This document shows, piece by piece, positions 42,813 to 51,800 of a stretch of DNA of 64,000 nt (its first letter is position 1; each line of letters begins with the position of its first letter). Source of the DNA: an uncultured Bacilli bacterium. GTDB taxonomy: Bacteria > Bacillota_I > Bacilli_A > RFN20 > CAG-449. Under the pieces are notes generated by a model that made no database searches, had not been told where the DNA came from, and saw nothing but the letters and a program-made list of their open reading frames with translations. The DNA lies in assembly GCA_944332225.1 (NCBI GenBank), contig CALVJO010000004.1, positions 1,414-65,413 of the forward strand. Direction: 5' to 3'. The position numbers and the translations under genes were made by a program.

Positions 42813-43982
42813 TCAATTATTTTTCATAGCTTTATTTTTAGGTAAAAACGTTAAACTTTTAAATAAAGGATTACAGGCTTTAAATACCCAAAATAGAATT
42901 AAAGATTGAGGAATTAAATATATTAATTGCTTTGGAAGAGAGACTAAGAGCATATAGTATAAAGTCTGATCGAAAGTATAATTAGAAATAATTCCAAATG
43001 ATATGCCTCCAATTAAGATATTAGAAATTAGAGAAACCATCATTCTAGCTAATAAAACTCGTTTAAATGAGATATGACTCTTATAGAAGAATAACCCATA
43101 AATTAATCCAGTTATCATCGCTTGAATAATATATCCAATAAAGAAACCATATCCTGAGGTATCAAAGAAAATATATCCTAAAGTATCGGATAAAAAACCG
43201 GTTATCAACCCTGATACTGGGCCAAGCAAGTAGCAAGAAATGCTAAAGAATATATAACCAAATCCTAATCCTAAATTACTAAATCCTGACGGTAAAATTA
43301 TTAATTTGCTAATTAGCATCAGGGCTAAAAGCATCGCCATTAAGGATATTGAAGGAACGCTTTTTAAAAACTGTAGAGATCCTTTCCAATAACCTTTATT
43401 AAAAGGATGAGGGAAGGTATTAATATAATCATATTTATAATGAGGTTCTTTATACTCAACAAATAATGAATATATTAAACTAGCTAATAAACCGATTCCC
43501 ATAGCTACTAATCCATATAAATATGGTGATGAGATGTTATTTATCTCTATGATATCTTCGTTATTTAAATAATTGATATAATTAGGATCAAGGTTTTTAG
43601 ATAAATAATCGGTTATGAAAGTTTTACCTCTAGTTGATACTTTCATTTTCGATGAAAGATAGAAAGTATCAAAATAATTAGTCTTAGTTTCAATTAAATA
43701 TTTATCATCAGAAATGTTAGTTATTGTAAATCCATCTTCTTTTACAATTTTATCGACATCGATAGAATCATATTTTGAAGCGGATTCTTTAATATCTTCT
43801 AATCTATCTTTTGTGATAAAACCATCTAGATCAATTTTTTCCTGATAGGTAAACTGGCATTCGATGGTTCCAGTAAAATAATTAACCGATTCAGTGATAA
43901 AAAATCCGATTAAAAATGAAAATAATAAGGAAAAGAGAATTAAAAACTTTCTTTTTAAAAGTCTAGTCAAATAAATATTCAT
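42813..43982 (-). CDS. ECF-transporter S-component-like membrane protein (FolT-like by riboswitch context) with ~190-aa N-terminal extension
   Basis: C-terminal ~200 aa has six TM helices and the S-component motif YLLGPVSGLITGFLSDTLGYIF (compare LLGP..G...G..SDL in RibU/ThiT/FolT). N-terminal half has a TM helix, a ~120-aa hydrophilic domain and a second TM helix. A THF riboswitch lies directly upstream. Confidence 0.5.
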   Translation of the reverse strand: MNIYLTRLLKRKFLILFSLLFSFLIGFFITESVNYFTGTIECQFTYQEKIDLDGFITKDRLEDIKESASKYDSIDVDKIVKEDGFTITNISDDKYLIETKTNYFDTFYLSSKMKVSTRGKTFITDYLSKNLDPNYINYLNNEDIIEINNISSPYLYGLVAMGIGLLASLIYSLFVEYKEPHYKYDYINTFPHPFNKGYWKGSLQFLKSVPSISLMAMLLALMLISKLIILPSGFSNLGLGFGYIFFSISCYLLGPVSGLITGFLSDTLGYIFFDTSGYGFFIGYIIQAMITGLIYGLFFYKSHISFKRVLLARMMVSLISNILIGGISFGIISNYTFDQTLYYMLLVSLPKQLIYLIPQSLILFWVFKACNPLFKSLTFLPKNKAMKNN

Positions 43983-44008
43983 AGATCCTGGCCTCCTAAA
44001 GGTCCGTC

Positions 44009-44105
44009 TCTAAGCGGACAGAAAGATAAACCGCCGCAGGGTTCGTCCGTTTCATCTCCGAATAAAACAGCACTTAACGCTTATCAATCTATTTGAAAGC
44101 TTAAA
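44009..44105 (-). promoter_or_regulatory. THF (tetrahydrofolate) riboswitch aptamer in the 5' leader of the S-component gene
   Basis: Minus-strand RNA UUUAAGC UUUCAAAUAG AUUGAUAA GCGUUAAGUG CUGUUUUAUUCGGAGAUGAAACGGACGAACC CUGCGGCGG UUUAUC UUUCU GUCCG CUUAGA. It is collinear with the crystallised THF riboswitch (..AGUAG AUGAUUC GCGUUAAGUG ... ACGAAGC GAGAGCGCGG UGAAUCAUU GCAUCC..). Conserved GCGUUAAGUG and ACGAA(G/C)C blocks. P1 UUUAAGC/GCUUAGA. P2 GAUAA/UUAUC. Loop-to-3' pseudoknot CGGAC/GUCCG. RBS AGGAGG 20 nt downstream. Confidence 0.7.
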
Positions 44106-44148
44106 CCTGAGAAAGAAAATTTACAATATAATTAAATAAGATAAGTGC

Positions 44149-44176
44149 ATTATAGCTATAAATATAGCTTCTTAAA
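44149..44176 (-). promoter_or_regulatory. Candidate promoter for the riboswitch-controlled transcript (-10 TATAAT)
   Basis: Minus strand: TTTAAG, 16 nt, TATAAT (plus 44149-44154), about 45 nt upstream of the aptamer. Confidence 0.3.
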
Positions 44177-44341
44177 TTCATTAAAACGGTTACATAAAAA
44201 TCTATTAAAAAAATATGTCTAATTTGGAGCAAATTAAAAGCGAAAAAAACGCTAAAAAACATCAAAAAATTAACGATTTTTGTTAGTTTTACGATATGAA
44301 AGCGCTTTAAAATTAAAAAATAAAAAAACTTTATATATTTG

Positions 44342-44371
44342 TTGTAAATAAAAAAATGACTTGGCTATAAT
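44342..44371 (+). promoter_or_regulatory. Candidate opp operon promoter (-35 TTGTAA, 18-nt spacer, -10 TATAAT)
   Basis: TTGTAA at 44342-44347. TATAAT at 44366-44371. About 95 nt upstream of the oppA ATG. Confidence 0.35.
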
Positions 44372-44468
44372 TACAACAATATTAGCTAAAGAGGCTAATG
44401 CCTTTCATAACTTTGCTGATATTTATCACTCAACTTAATAAATAATTATTAACGAAAGGAGAAAATCA

Positions 44469-47237
44469 ATGAGAAAAAGATTATTAAAAGGTACGGCAAC
44501 CTGTGCCCTTCTTTGCACAACTCTTGCAGTTCTCGCTTCATGTGGTGGAGGTGTAAACAATGGTGAATTGTACACTTATAACACCTACCTCTCAATTGCT
44601 CCATCAACTTGGAACACCCATAACTGGGAAACATCTGAAGAAAGCTATATTCAAAGCTTCACTGAAATGGGACTATACGATGTTATTCTTAACGAAACCA
44701 AAGATGGCTACACCGTAGTAAGTGAAATGGCTGCTTCCTATCCAACAGATGCTCTTCCAACTATGAGCCGTGAAGAACAACAAGAAGCTAAGGAAATTAC
44801 CGGAGTTACTGGTAACTTAGACGAAGGATACATTTGGGATATTGAATTAAATCAAAATGCCAAATGGCAAGATGGCACGCCAATTAATGCTGACGATTAT
44901 TTAAAATCAATGGAGCTTTTATTAAGCCCTGAATATGTTAACTACCGTGCTGACTCTTACTATGCTTCAAACTTAGTTATCGCTAATGCTGAAAGATATA
45001 ATAAACAAGGTAGACAAACTATTGAACCTGCTTATTCATATCTTGATTTAAATAACACATCTCAATCTCCTGCTTGGACAACTACCGAAGCATATCAAGG
45101 ACAAGCTGAATTTATCAATTTAGGTGCAACAAACCCATTATTTGATGACATTTTCTCTGGAGATACTACTGATGTAACTTTATCTTCATTCATCACTCAA
45201 TTCCAATCCGATGATACTATGCCAGAAGCTGTTCGCTTAGCTTGCTATAGAATTGAAGATGCTGTTAAAGGATATTTACTCTACGAGCACGTCACAAGTG
45301 TTGATACTCCAGATGTCGGTTGGGAAGAAGTTGAAGAACCAAATGATATCGAAGAAGAACAATTAAATGAAGATATCGATGTTAACGTTTTCGATACAAC
45401 CGATATTCAAGTTAGAACTGAATTATTCGTAAGCGAAGGTGAAACAACAGTTAAAACTGAAAAATATTCTAGAAGCTTATTAATCGATGATTTAAATACC
45501 ATTCTTTCTGGAACTGCTGCTAGATTCACTTGGGTCGGAAGAAGATGGGCTTATTTAACTTTATTAAGAGTCTATGTTTATAACGATGATACCGTTGAAT
45601 TCTCTGAAGTCGGTATTAGAAAAATGGGAGATTATAAGATTAGATTATTCTTATCAAAGAAAATCACTAGCTTAGACTTAAGATTCTCCTTAACTTCTAA
45701 CTGGATTGTTAAAACTGATTTATATGAAGACTTAACTGTTCAATATGGAGATGCATTAATGACTTCATACGGTTCAAGTAAAGTCGAAAATTACATGTCC
45801 TATGGACCTTATAAATTAGAGTCTTTCTCTGCTACATCATTTAGAATTGTTAGAAATGACCAATGGTATGGATATACAGACGGTAAGCATGAAGGTCAAT
45901 ATCAAATGGATGAACTTTATACTAGAATCATCACCGACCATTCAACTGCTATGCAAGAATTCTTAGCTGGTAATCTTGATGATATTGAATTAAATAGATC
46001 TGAGATGTCAACTTATGGTAACTCTTCTAGAAGAACTACTACCTTAGAATCATACACTCAAAAGATTTCATTTAACTCTGATAGACCTTCATTATTAGCA
46101 AGACAAACTAATGGTACAAATAAAACTATCTTAGCTAATGACACATTCCGTAAAGGTTTATCCTTAGCTGTTAATAGAAATGATATGGCGTCTACTACCA
46201 CAGCTGGTTCTCAAGCTTTCACCGGATTATTAAACGGTCTTTACATCACTGATGTTGAAAAAGGTGAAATGTATCGTGATACTGCCCAAGGTAAGTCAGT
46301 TTACACTGAATTATATAAAGCTGAAGGTGGAGATCCATACGCAGATGGTTATACCGAAACTGCTCTTTCTGAAGGTGATAACGGATATAACTTCAACATG
46401 GCAACTAAATATGTTGCTGAAGCAATTAAAGAAGAATTAGCTTCTAGTGAAAATGGACATTTACAAAGTGGAGACACTATTACTCTTCAATTAAGAGTTT
46501 ATGATTCTACTTCTGAAAATACTACTTTACTCACTGGATTCATAAGAAGCGAATTCACCGATGTCATTAATGCGGCTGTTAATAGGTTAAAAGAAGAAGA
46601 TTCTACAGCTTACGGAAGCTTAAATCTCAAATTTGAGTTACAAGTAATAACTGACCAAGACTACTATAACACTGCGAAGACTGGTCGTTACGATATGATC
46701 TTCTCTATTTGGGGCGGTGCTGCAACTAACCCATATAACTTAATGCAAGTTTATGCAGATAGTGAATTCACAAACTGCTGCGAATACGGATTCAAAGGTA
46801 AACAAGATGAAGTTTATCTTGAAATCGATGTTAATGAAAATGGTACAATTGAAGCAAGTACCGAAAGAAGAACTTACAAAGACTGGTATGAGTATTTAAA
46901 CGGTAATACTTTAGTTGAACCTGAAGGCGAAAGAGACGCTAATGGTGACTTTGTCGATCCTGAACTTCAAGCAGAATACAAAAAAGTTCACACTGAAAAA
47001 TTAAATATCTTAGCTGGATTAGAACTTGGAATCTTAGGTAGATTCGAAGCAGTTCCTCTTCTTGCTCAAGGTACATCTTCCTTAACCTCCTTCAAAGTTG
47101 AAAACGGAACAAACACCTATATTAACTTAGTTGGTTACGGCGGAATTAGATTTATGACTTTCAACTACAACAATGCTCAATGGGCAAAAGCTGTTAGCGA
47201 AGCTGGTGGAGATTTATCATCATCTTATAGAGGATAA
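44469..47237 (+). CDS. oppA: Oligopeptide ABC transporter substrate-binding lipoprotein OppA (Mollicutes-type, 922 aa)
   Basis: Lipobox LAVLASCGGG. SBP family 5 architecture inferred from position upstream of oppBCDF. RBS AAAGGAG. Confidence 0.65.
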   Translation: MRKRLLKGTATCALLCTTLAVLASCGGGVNNGELYTYNTYLSIAPSTWNTHNWETSEESYIQSFTEMGLYDVILNETKDGYTVVSEMAASYPTDALPTMSREEQQEAKEITGVTGNLDEGYIWDIELNQNAKWQDGTPINADDYLKSMELLLSPEYVNYRADSYYASNLVIANAERYNKQGRQTIEPAYSYLDLNNTSQSPAWTTTEAYQGQAEFINLGATNPLFDDIFSGDTTDVTLSSFITQFQSDDTMPEAVRLACYRIEDAVKGYLLYEHVTSVDTPDVGWEEVEEPNDIEEEQLNEDIDVNVFDTTDIQVRTELFVSEGETTVKTEKYSRSLLIDDLNTILSGTAARFTWVGRRWAYLTLLRVYVYNDDTVEFSEVGIRKMGDYKIRLFLSKKITSLDLRFSLTSNWIVKTDLYEDLTVQYGDALMTSYGSSKVENYMSYGPYKLESFSATSFRIVRNDQWYGYTDGKHEGQYQMDELYTRIITDHSTAMQEFLAGNLDDIELNRSEMSTYGNSSRRTTTLESYTQKISFNSDRPSLLARQTNGTNKTILANDTFRKGLSLAVNRNDMASTTTAGSQAFTGLLNGLYITDVEKGEMYRDTAQGKSVYTELYKAEGGDPYADGYTETALSEGDNGYNFNMATKYVAEAIKEELASSENGHLQSGDTITLQLRVYDSTSENTTLLTGFIRSEFTDVINAAVNRLKEEDSTAYGSLNLKFELQVITDQDYYNTAKTGRYDMIFSIWGGAATNPYNLMQVYADSEFTNCCEYGFKGKQDEVYLEIDVNENGTIEASTERRTYKDWYEYLNGNTLVEPEGERDANGDFVDPELQAEYKKVHTEKLNILAGLELGILGRFEAVPLLAQGTSSLTSFKVENGTNTYINLVGYGGIRFMTFNYNNAQWAKAVSEAGGDLSSSYRG

Positions 47238-47279
47238 TTAATCTACTTAATCAAAATTAATAATATTTAGAAAGATATC

Positions 47280-47318
47280 TAAGACCAAAATGGCCCTTAA
47301 AAGCTGTTTTGGTCTTTA
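47280..47318 (+). terminator. Stem-loop between oppA and oppB (possible partial terminator/attenuator)
   Basis: AAGACCAAAA-N16-TTTTGGTCTT: 10-bp perfect inverted repeat, 40 nt after the oppA stop and 20 nt before the oppB ATG. Only a short T stretch follows. Confidence 0.35.
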
Positions 47319-47338
47319 GATGTATTAGAGGGAGTAGA

Positions 47339-48391
47339 ATGAGGGATACAAAAGGCACACTTATTTACATTCTAAAAAGATTATTATTGATGATATTTAC
47401 AATTATCGTCATTTTTATCATTTGTTTTATGTTGGTTAGACTTTTGCCTGATAGCGATAATCCAGGCCCAGGTAAAGATCCAACAACATTTTATCGAATT
47501 CAAGTTGCGATTGGACGTTATTATGAAGTATCTCCAGGTCAATATGAGCAACTTCCATTATTGACCCAACTTTGGAATTTTATTAAAAACTTATTTGTTC
47601 CTAGCACATACATGAATTCTTCAGGACAACTTGTTGAGGTTTCTAGATGGGGATATTCTTGGGAAATTGATTATTTACAATCTCCGATTGATATCTTATT
47701 TAGTAGAATGACTCCAACAGTTTTAATTAATATCTATTCAATGTTCTTATCAATTCCAATTGGGTTATTAATTGGTATTTATATGGCTCTTAAAAAGAAT
47801 AAATGGCAAGATCATACTTTGAGTATTATCGTAATGCTGTTTATTTCGGTACCTTCCTTTGTTTACGCTTTCTTAATTCAATATTTTTTAGGATATCAAT
47901 GGGGTTGGTTCTCTCCAACTATGGCTGATAGCAGCATGTATGGATGGTTCTCTGGAACTATGATAAATTCGATGGTTCTACCAGTTCTTGCGATGTCATT
48001 TGGCTCAATTGCAGGATTTGCTAGATACACAAGAGCTGAATTAACCGAAGTCTTAACATCTGATTTCATGCTCTTAGCTAGAACTAAAGGATTAACTAGA
48101 GCTCAAGCTACTGTTAGACACGCCTTTAGAAATTCATTAGTACCTATTTTCCCAATGATCTTAGGTCAAATTATTTCAGTTTTATCTGGTTCTATAGTTA
48201 TTGAAAACATCTTTGTTGTTAATGGTATTGGAGGATTATTCTTAGATTCCATTAATAAACGAGACTACGATGTCTTCCAATTTGTCGCTATGTTCTACAT
48301 CTTAATCGGATTAGTTGGAGGCTTAGTCGTTGATATATCTTATGGATTAGTGGATCCACGTATTAGAATGGGAGGAGGTAAAGGACAATGA
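47339..48391 (+). CDS. oppB: Oligopeptide ABC transporter permease OppB
   Basis: Start adjusted to ATG 47339 (MRDTKGTLIYILKRL...) with RBS AGAGGGAG. The track start at 47309 is TTG inside the upstream hairpin. Six TM helices with the ABC permease EAA-like region ...TKGLTRAQATVRHAFRNSL. Confidence 0.8.
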   Translation: MRDTKGTLIYILKRLLLMIFTIIVIFIICFMLVRLLPDSDNPGPGKDPTTFYRIQVAIGRYYEVSPGQYEQLPLLTQLWNFIKNLFVPSTYMNSSGQLVEVSRWGYSWEIDYLQSPIDILFSRMTPTVLINIYSMFLSIPIGLLIGIYMALKKNKWQDHTLSIIVMLFISVPSFVYAFLIQYFLGYQWGWFSPTMADSSMYGWFSGTMINSMVLPVLAMSFGSIAGFARYTRAELTEVLTSDFMLLARTKGLTRAQATVRHAFRNSLVPIFPMILGQIISVLSGSIVIENIFVVNGIGGLFLDSINKRDYDVFQFVAMFYILIGLVGGLVVDISYGLVDPRIRMGGGKGQ

Positions 48392-50034
48392 GCGAATTAG
48401 AAAATAAAGTTGTCAGTACCAATGAACAGACAGATTTATTTGATTTTGCAAATAAAGATAAGTCAATTCATGATACAAAGTTCGAAACTAAACCTATTTC
48501 TTACCTTCAAGACTGCTTACGTAGATTTGTTAAAAACAAAGCATCAGTCGCCGCATTCTTTATTATCTTATTAATTGCTTTATTTGCTATCTTTGAACCA
48601 ATATTTGATTCAAAATATCAAAACAATACCGTTTTACAATATAATTACTTCGATAGAGCCTTACCAAAACTTAGTATCTTTGAAGGAACTGGATTTTGGG
48701 ATGGCACTAAAAAAGAAGGCATTGGTGAAAACGAATATAACTTAAATAGATTCACTGATTCTAACTATGATAAATATGTTCGCTTAGAATCTGTTGAAGA
48801 AGTTAGAACCGGTTTCACAACTCAAATGACATATAATGTTGTAATTGATACTTATGCTGTTGGAACTAGATTAATTCAAATTTCGGAAAGTGAATACAAT
48901 GCATTAGTTGAATATGATAAAAATCAACCTGAGGATCATAAGATTATTAAACCTCAAGTAGATTACAATTCTTATTTAAATCAGTATCGTCAACAACTCT
49001 TAGATAATGGAGCTTCTTCTCAAGTCGCTACTCAAATCTACAACAATATGCTTCAAACTTATTCTACAAACGCTCAATATTACTTCGCTTTAGAATGTAA
49101 TCAAAGAAGCGATGGAAGCTATATTGATACATCATTCTCACCTATCTACACAGAATATGATGCTGATAAAGTTGGAATAGATGTTCAAGATATCTATCTT
49201 AGAGATGAAAGCGGAAATTTAGTTTACTATACAGTTAGTAATGGACGTTATAACGTAAGAGTAGATTATCATGATTACTTTACATACTACTATGGTTATG
49301 AACCTGTATTTGCTTTCGGTACCAATCAATTTGGTCAAGATATTTGCTTAAGAATGGCTCTTGGTTGCCGTTTCTCCTTACTTTTAGGAATTGGCATCAC
49401 CGTCATTAACTTCTTGATTGGATTAGTATGGGGAGCAATTTCTGGATATTACGGAGGAACTCTAGATTTAGTCTTAGAAAGAATTACTGATATTATTTCT
49501 GGTATTCCAACAATTATCATCATGACTATTTGTAATATCCAATTTAATAACAATATTGAATTGAATAATGCAGTTGGACCGATGGGCGTTATTGTATTAG
49601 CTATCTTGGTTGCCTTCGTCTATAACGGATGGGTTGGAACCGCGGCGACTACTAGAATGCAATTCTATCGATTCAAGGGTCAAGAATATGTTTTAGCTTC
49701 TCGGACATTAGGTGCTAGAGATGGCAGGTTGATATTCAAACATATCTTGCCTAACGCTGCTGGAACATTAGTTACTTCATCGGTATTGATGGTTCCAAGC
49801 GTCATCTTCTCTGAATCATCATTATCATATTTAGGAATTATTGATTTTACTTCATCATCAATTGTTTCCTTAGGTGCGATGGTCTCGGAAGGACAGCAGG
49901 CGAACATTGCTTTCTATCCTCACGTCATCCTATTCCCTGCTATTGTTATTTCATTATTAATGATTTCATTTAACTTATTTGGTAATGGTTTACGTGATGC
50001 CTTCAATACCACATTAAGAGGAAGTGAGGAATAG
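48388..50034 (+). CDS. oppC: Oligopeptide ABC transporter permease OppC with ~250-aa extracellular insertion
   Basis: ATGA overlap with oppB. N-terminal TM, long hydrophilic segment, then DppC/OppC-type permease core ...ASRTLGARDGRLIFKHILPNAAG. Confidence 0.75.
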   Translation: MSELENKVVSTNEQTDLFDFANKDKSIHDTKFETKPISYLQDCLRRFVKNKASVAAFFIILLIALFAIFEPIFDSKYQNNTVLQYNYFDRALPKLSIFEGTGFWDGTKKEGIGENEYNLNRFTDSNYDKYVRLESVEEVRTGFTTQMTYNVVIDTYAVGTRLIQISESEYNALVEYDKNQPEDHKIIKPQVDYNSYLNQYRQQLLDNGASSQVATQIYNNMLQTYSTNAQYYFALECNQRSDGSYIDTSFSPIYTEYDADKVGIDVQDIYLRDESGNLVYYTVSNGRYNVRVDYHDYFTYYYGYEPVFAFGTNQFGQDICLRMALGCRFSLLLGIGITVINFLIGLVWGAISGYYGGTLDLVLERITDIISGIPTIIIMTICNIQFNNNIELNNAVGPMGVIVLAILVAFVYNGWVGTAATTRMQFYRFKGQEYVLASRTLGARDGRLIFKHILPNAAGTLVTSSVLMVPSVIFSESSLSYLGIIDFTSSSIVSLGAMVSEGQQANIAFYPHVILFPAIVISLLMISFNLFGNGLRDAFNTTLRGSEE

Positions 50035-50036
50035 TT

Positions 50037-51800
50037 ATGGCTGAAAAAGTATTAGAAGTTAAAAACCTTAGAATTTCCTTTAGAACTAATTCCGGAACGG
50101 TTAAAGCCGTCAGAGGTATCTCCTTTGATTTATATAAAGGTAGAACTCTTGCCATTGTTGGCGAATCTGGCTCTGGTAAATCAGTTACTTCCAAAGCGAT
50201 TCTTGGCATTCTTGCAAACAATAAAATCGTGGAAGATGGACAAATCATCTTTGATGGAAAAGATCTATTGAAGATTGATGAGGAGACATTTACTCACATT
50301 AGAGGAGTAAAAATCTCCATGATCTTCCAAGACCCTCTTTCATCATTAAATCCAATTATGAAAGTCGGTAAGCAATTAACTGAAGCTATGTATCTAAAAG
50401 CTAAAGCTTCCAAAAGAGAAGCTCACGCTGCGATTAGTAAATTAAATTCAGTCTTAGCTAGATACGGTGATAAAACCACTATGCAATTGCTTCATAAGAC
50501 TGTTTCTGGAATGACTAAACAAGATGAGATAATAGTTCTTGATGGATTCATTGATTTATTTAGACAAGCTTGCGAAGGTTCTCTTTCCTATCAAGATGAA
50601 GCTTTAAGAAATTTAAAAACTTTGGTTGAAGAATTTAAGAATAAACACTTTACTTCCGAAGAAAGTCTTGATGTTAAGCTAGCTAAACAAGATTTAGCAA
50701 AATTAAAGAAACCTTTAAAAAATGCTGTTTATCCTCTTGATATTGAACCAGATGATATCATCGAAGTATTTATGGTGTTAATGACCACATTATTAACAAA
50801 ATTTGTTAATGCTGGTAAACACACTGAAGAAAGACAAAAACTTTTAGAAAAATACCAAGCAAACGATGTATTTGATTTACCTCCAGAAATTAGATCCAAG
50901 GAAAGAGAAGTAATCTTGCCTCCATCAGCTTATTTTGCTCAGATGGTTAAGGCAATCGATGAGCTCTTAAATCATATCGATGAATTATTAAATACTGATA
51001 AATCATTAGATACATTCGTTGATGAGTTTAAACATACTTATTATGAAAACATCATTCAATCAAAGACTACCATGACCTCAAAAGAGGCTAAGGATAGGGC
51101 TATTGAATTGATGACTGAAGTTGGTATCCCTGATCCTGAAAGAAGATTCTATCAATACCCATTTGAATTTTCCGGAGGAATGAGACAACGTATCGTTATA
51201 GCTATCGCTTTATCGTCAAATCCTGAAGTATTAATCTGCGATGAGCCTACCACAGCGTTAGATGTTACCATTCAAGCTCAAATTCTTGAGCTTATCAATA
51301 AATTAAAAGTTCAAAAGAATCTATCAATTATCTTCATCACTCATGATTTAGGTGTTGTTGCAAACATGGCAGATGACATCGCAGTTATGTACGCAGGAAA
51401 GATAGTTGAGTATGGTTCAGTCTATGATGTTTTCTATGATCCTAGACATCCATATACTTGGGCTTTATTAGGTTCGATGCCTGATCTTGACACAAAAGAA
51501 AAGTTAGATGCGATTCCAGGCACCCCACCTAACATGCTTTTACCACCTAGAGGCGATGCCTTTGCTGATCGTAATAAATACGCCTTAAAGATGGATTATG
51601 AAGCTCAACCTAAATTTTATGAAATTTCTCCAACTCACTATGCGGCTACCTGGCTCTTAGATGAAAGAGCACCTGATGTAGAAGCTCCAAAGATTGTAGT
51701 TGAGAGAATTAAAAACGCGATTAAAGTTAATAAGGATACCATTCCTACATACACTTTAAAAAAGAATTCAATTCTTGAAAGATTAGGAGGTAATAAATAA
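50037..51800 (+). CDS. oppD: Oligopeptide ABC transporter ATP-binding protein OppD with ~220-aa insertion between Walker A and signature
   Basis: Walker A GESGSGKSVT. Signature FSGGMRQRIVIAIAL. Walker B VLICDEPTTALD. Insertion residues ~115-335. Confidence 0.85.
   Translation: MAEKVLEVKNLRISFRTNSGTVKAVRGISFDLYKGRTLAIVGESGSGKSVTSKAILGILANNKIVEDGQIIFDGKDLLKIDEETFTHIRGVKISMIFQDPLSSLNPIMKVGKQLTEAMYLKAKASKREAHAAISKLNSVLARYGDKTTMQLLHKTVSGMTKQDEIIVLDGFIDLFRQACEGSLSYQDEALRNLKTLVEEFKNKHFTSEESLDVKLAKQDLAKLKKPLKNAVYPLDIEPDDIIEVFMVLMTTLLTKFVNAGKHTEERQKLLEKYQANDVFDLPPEIRSKEREVILPPSAYFAQMVKAIDELLNHIDELLNTDKSLDTFVDEFKHTYYENIIQSKTTMTSKEAKDRAIELMTEVGIPDPERRFYQYPFEFSGGMRQRIVIAIALSSNPEVLICDEPTTALDVTIQAQILELINKLKVQKNLSIIFITHDLGVVANMADDIAVMYAGKIVEYGSVYDVFYDPRHPYTWALLGSMPDLDTKEKLDAIPGTPPNMLLPPRGDAFADRNKYALKMDYEAQPKFYEISPTHYAATWLLDERAPDVEAPKIVVERIKNAIKVNKDTIPTYTLKKNSILERLGGNK

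Noticed and set aside
44449-44634. 61-aa antisense ORF across the oppA start
   Set aside because: Overlaps the oppA RBS and signal peptide on the opposite strand.
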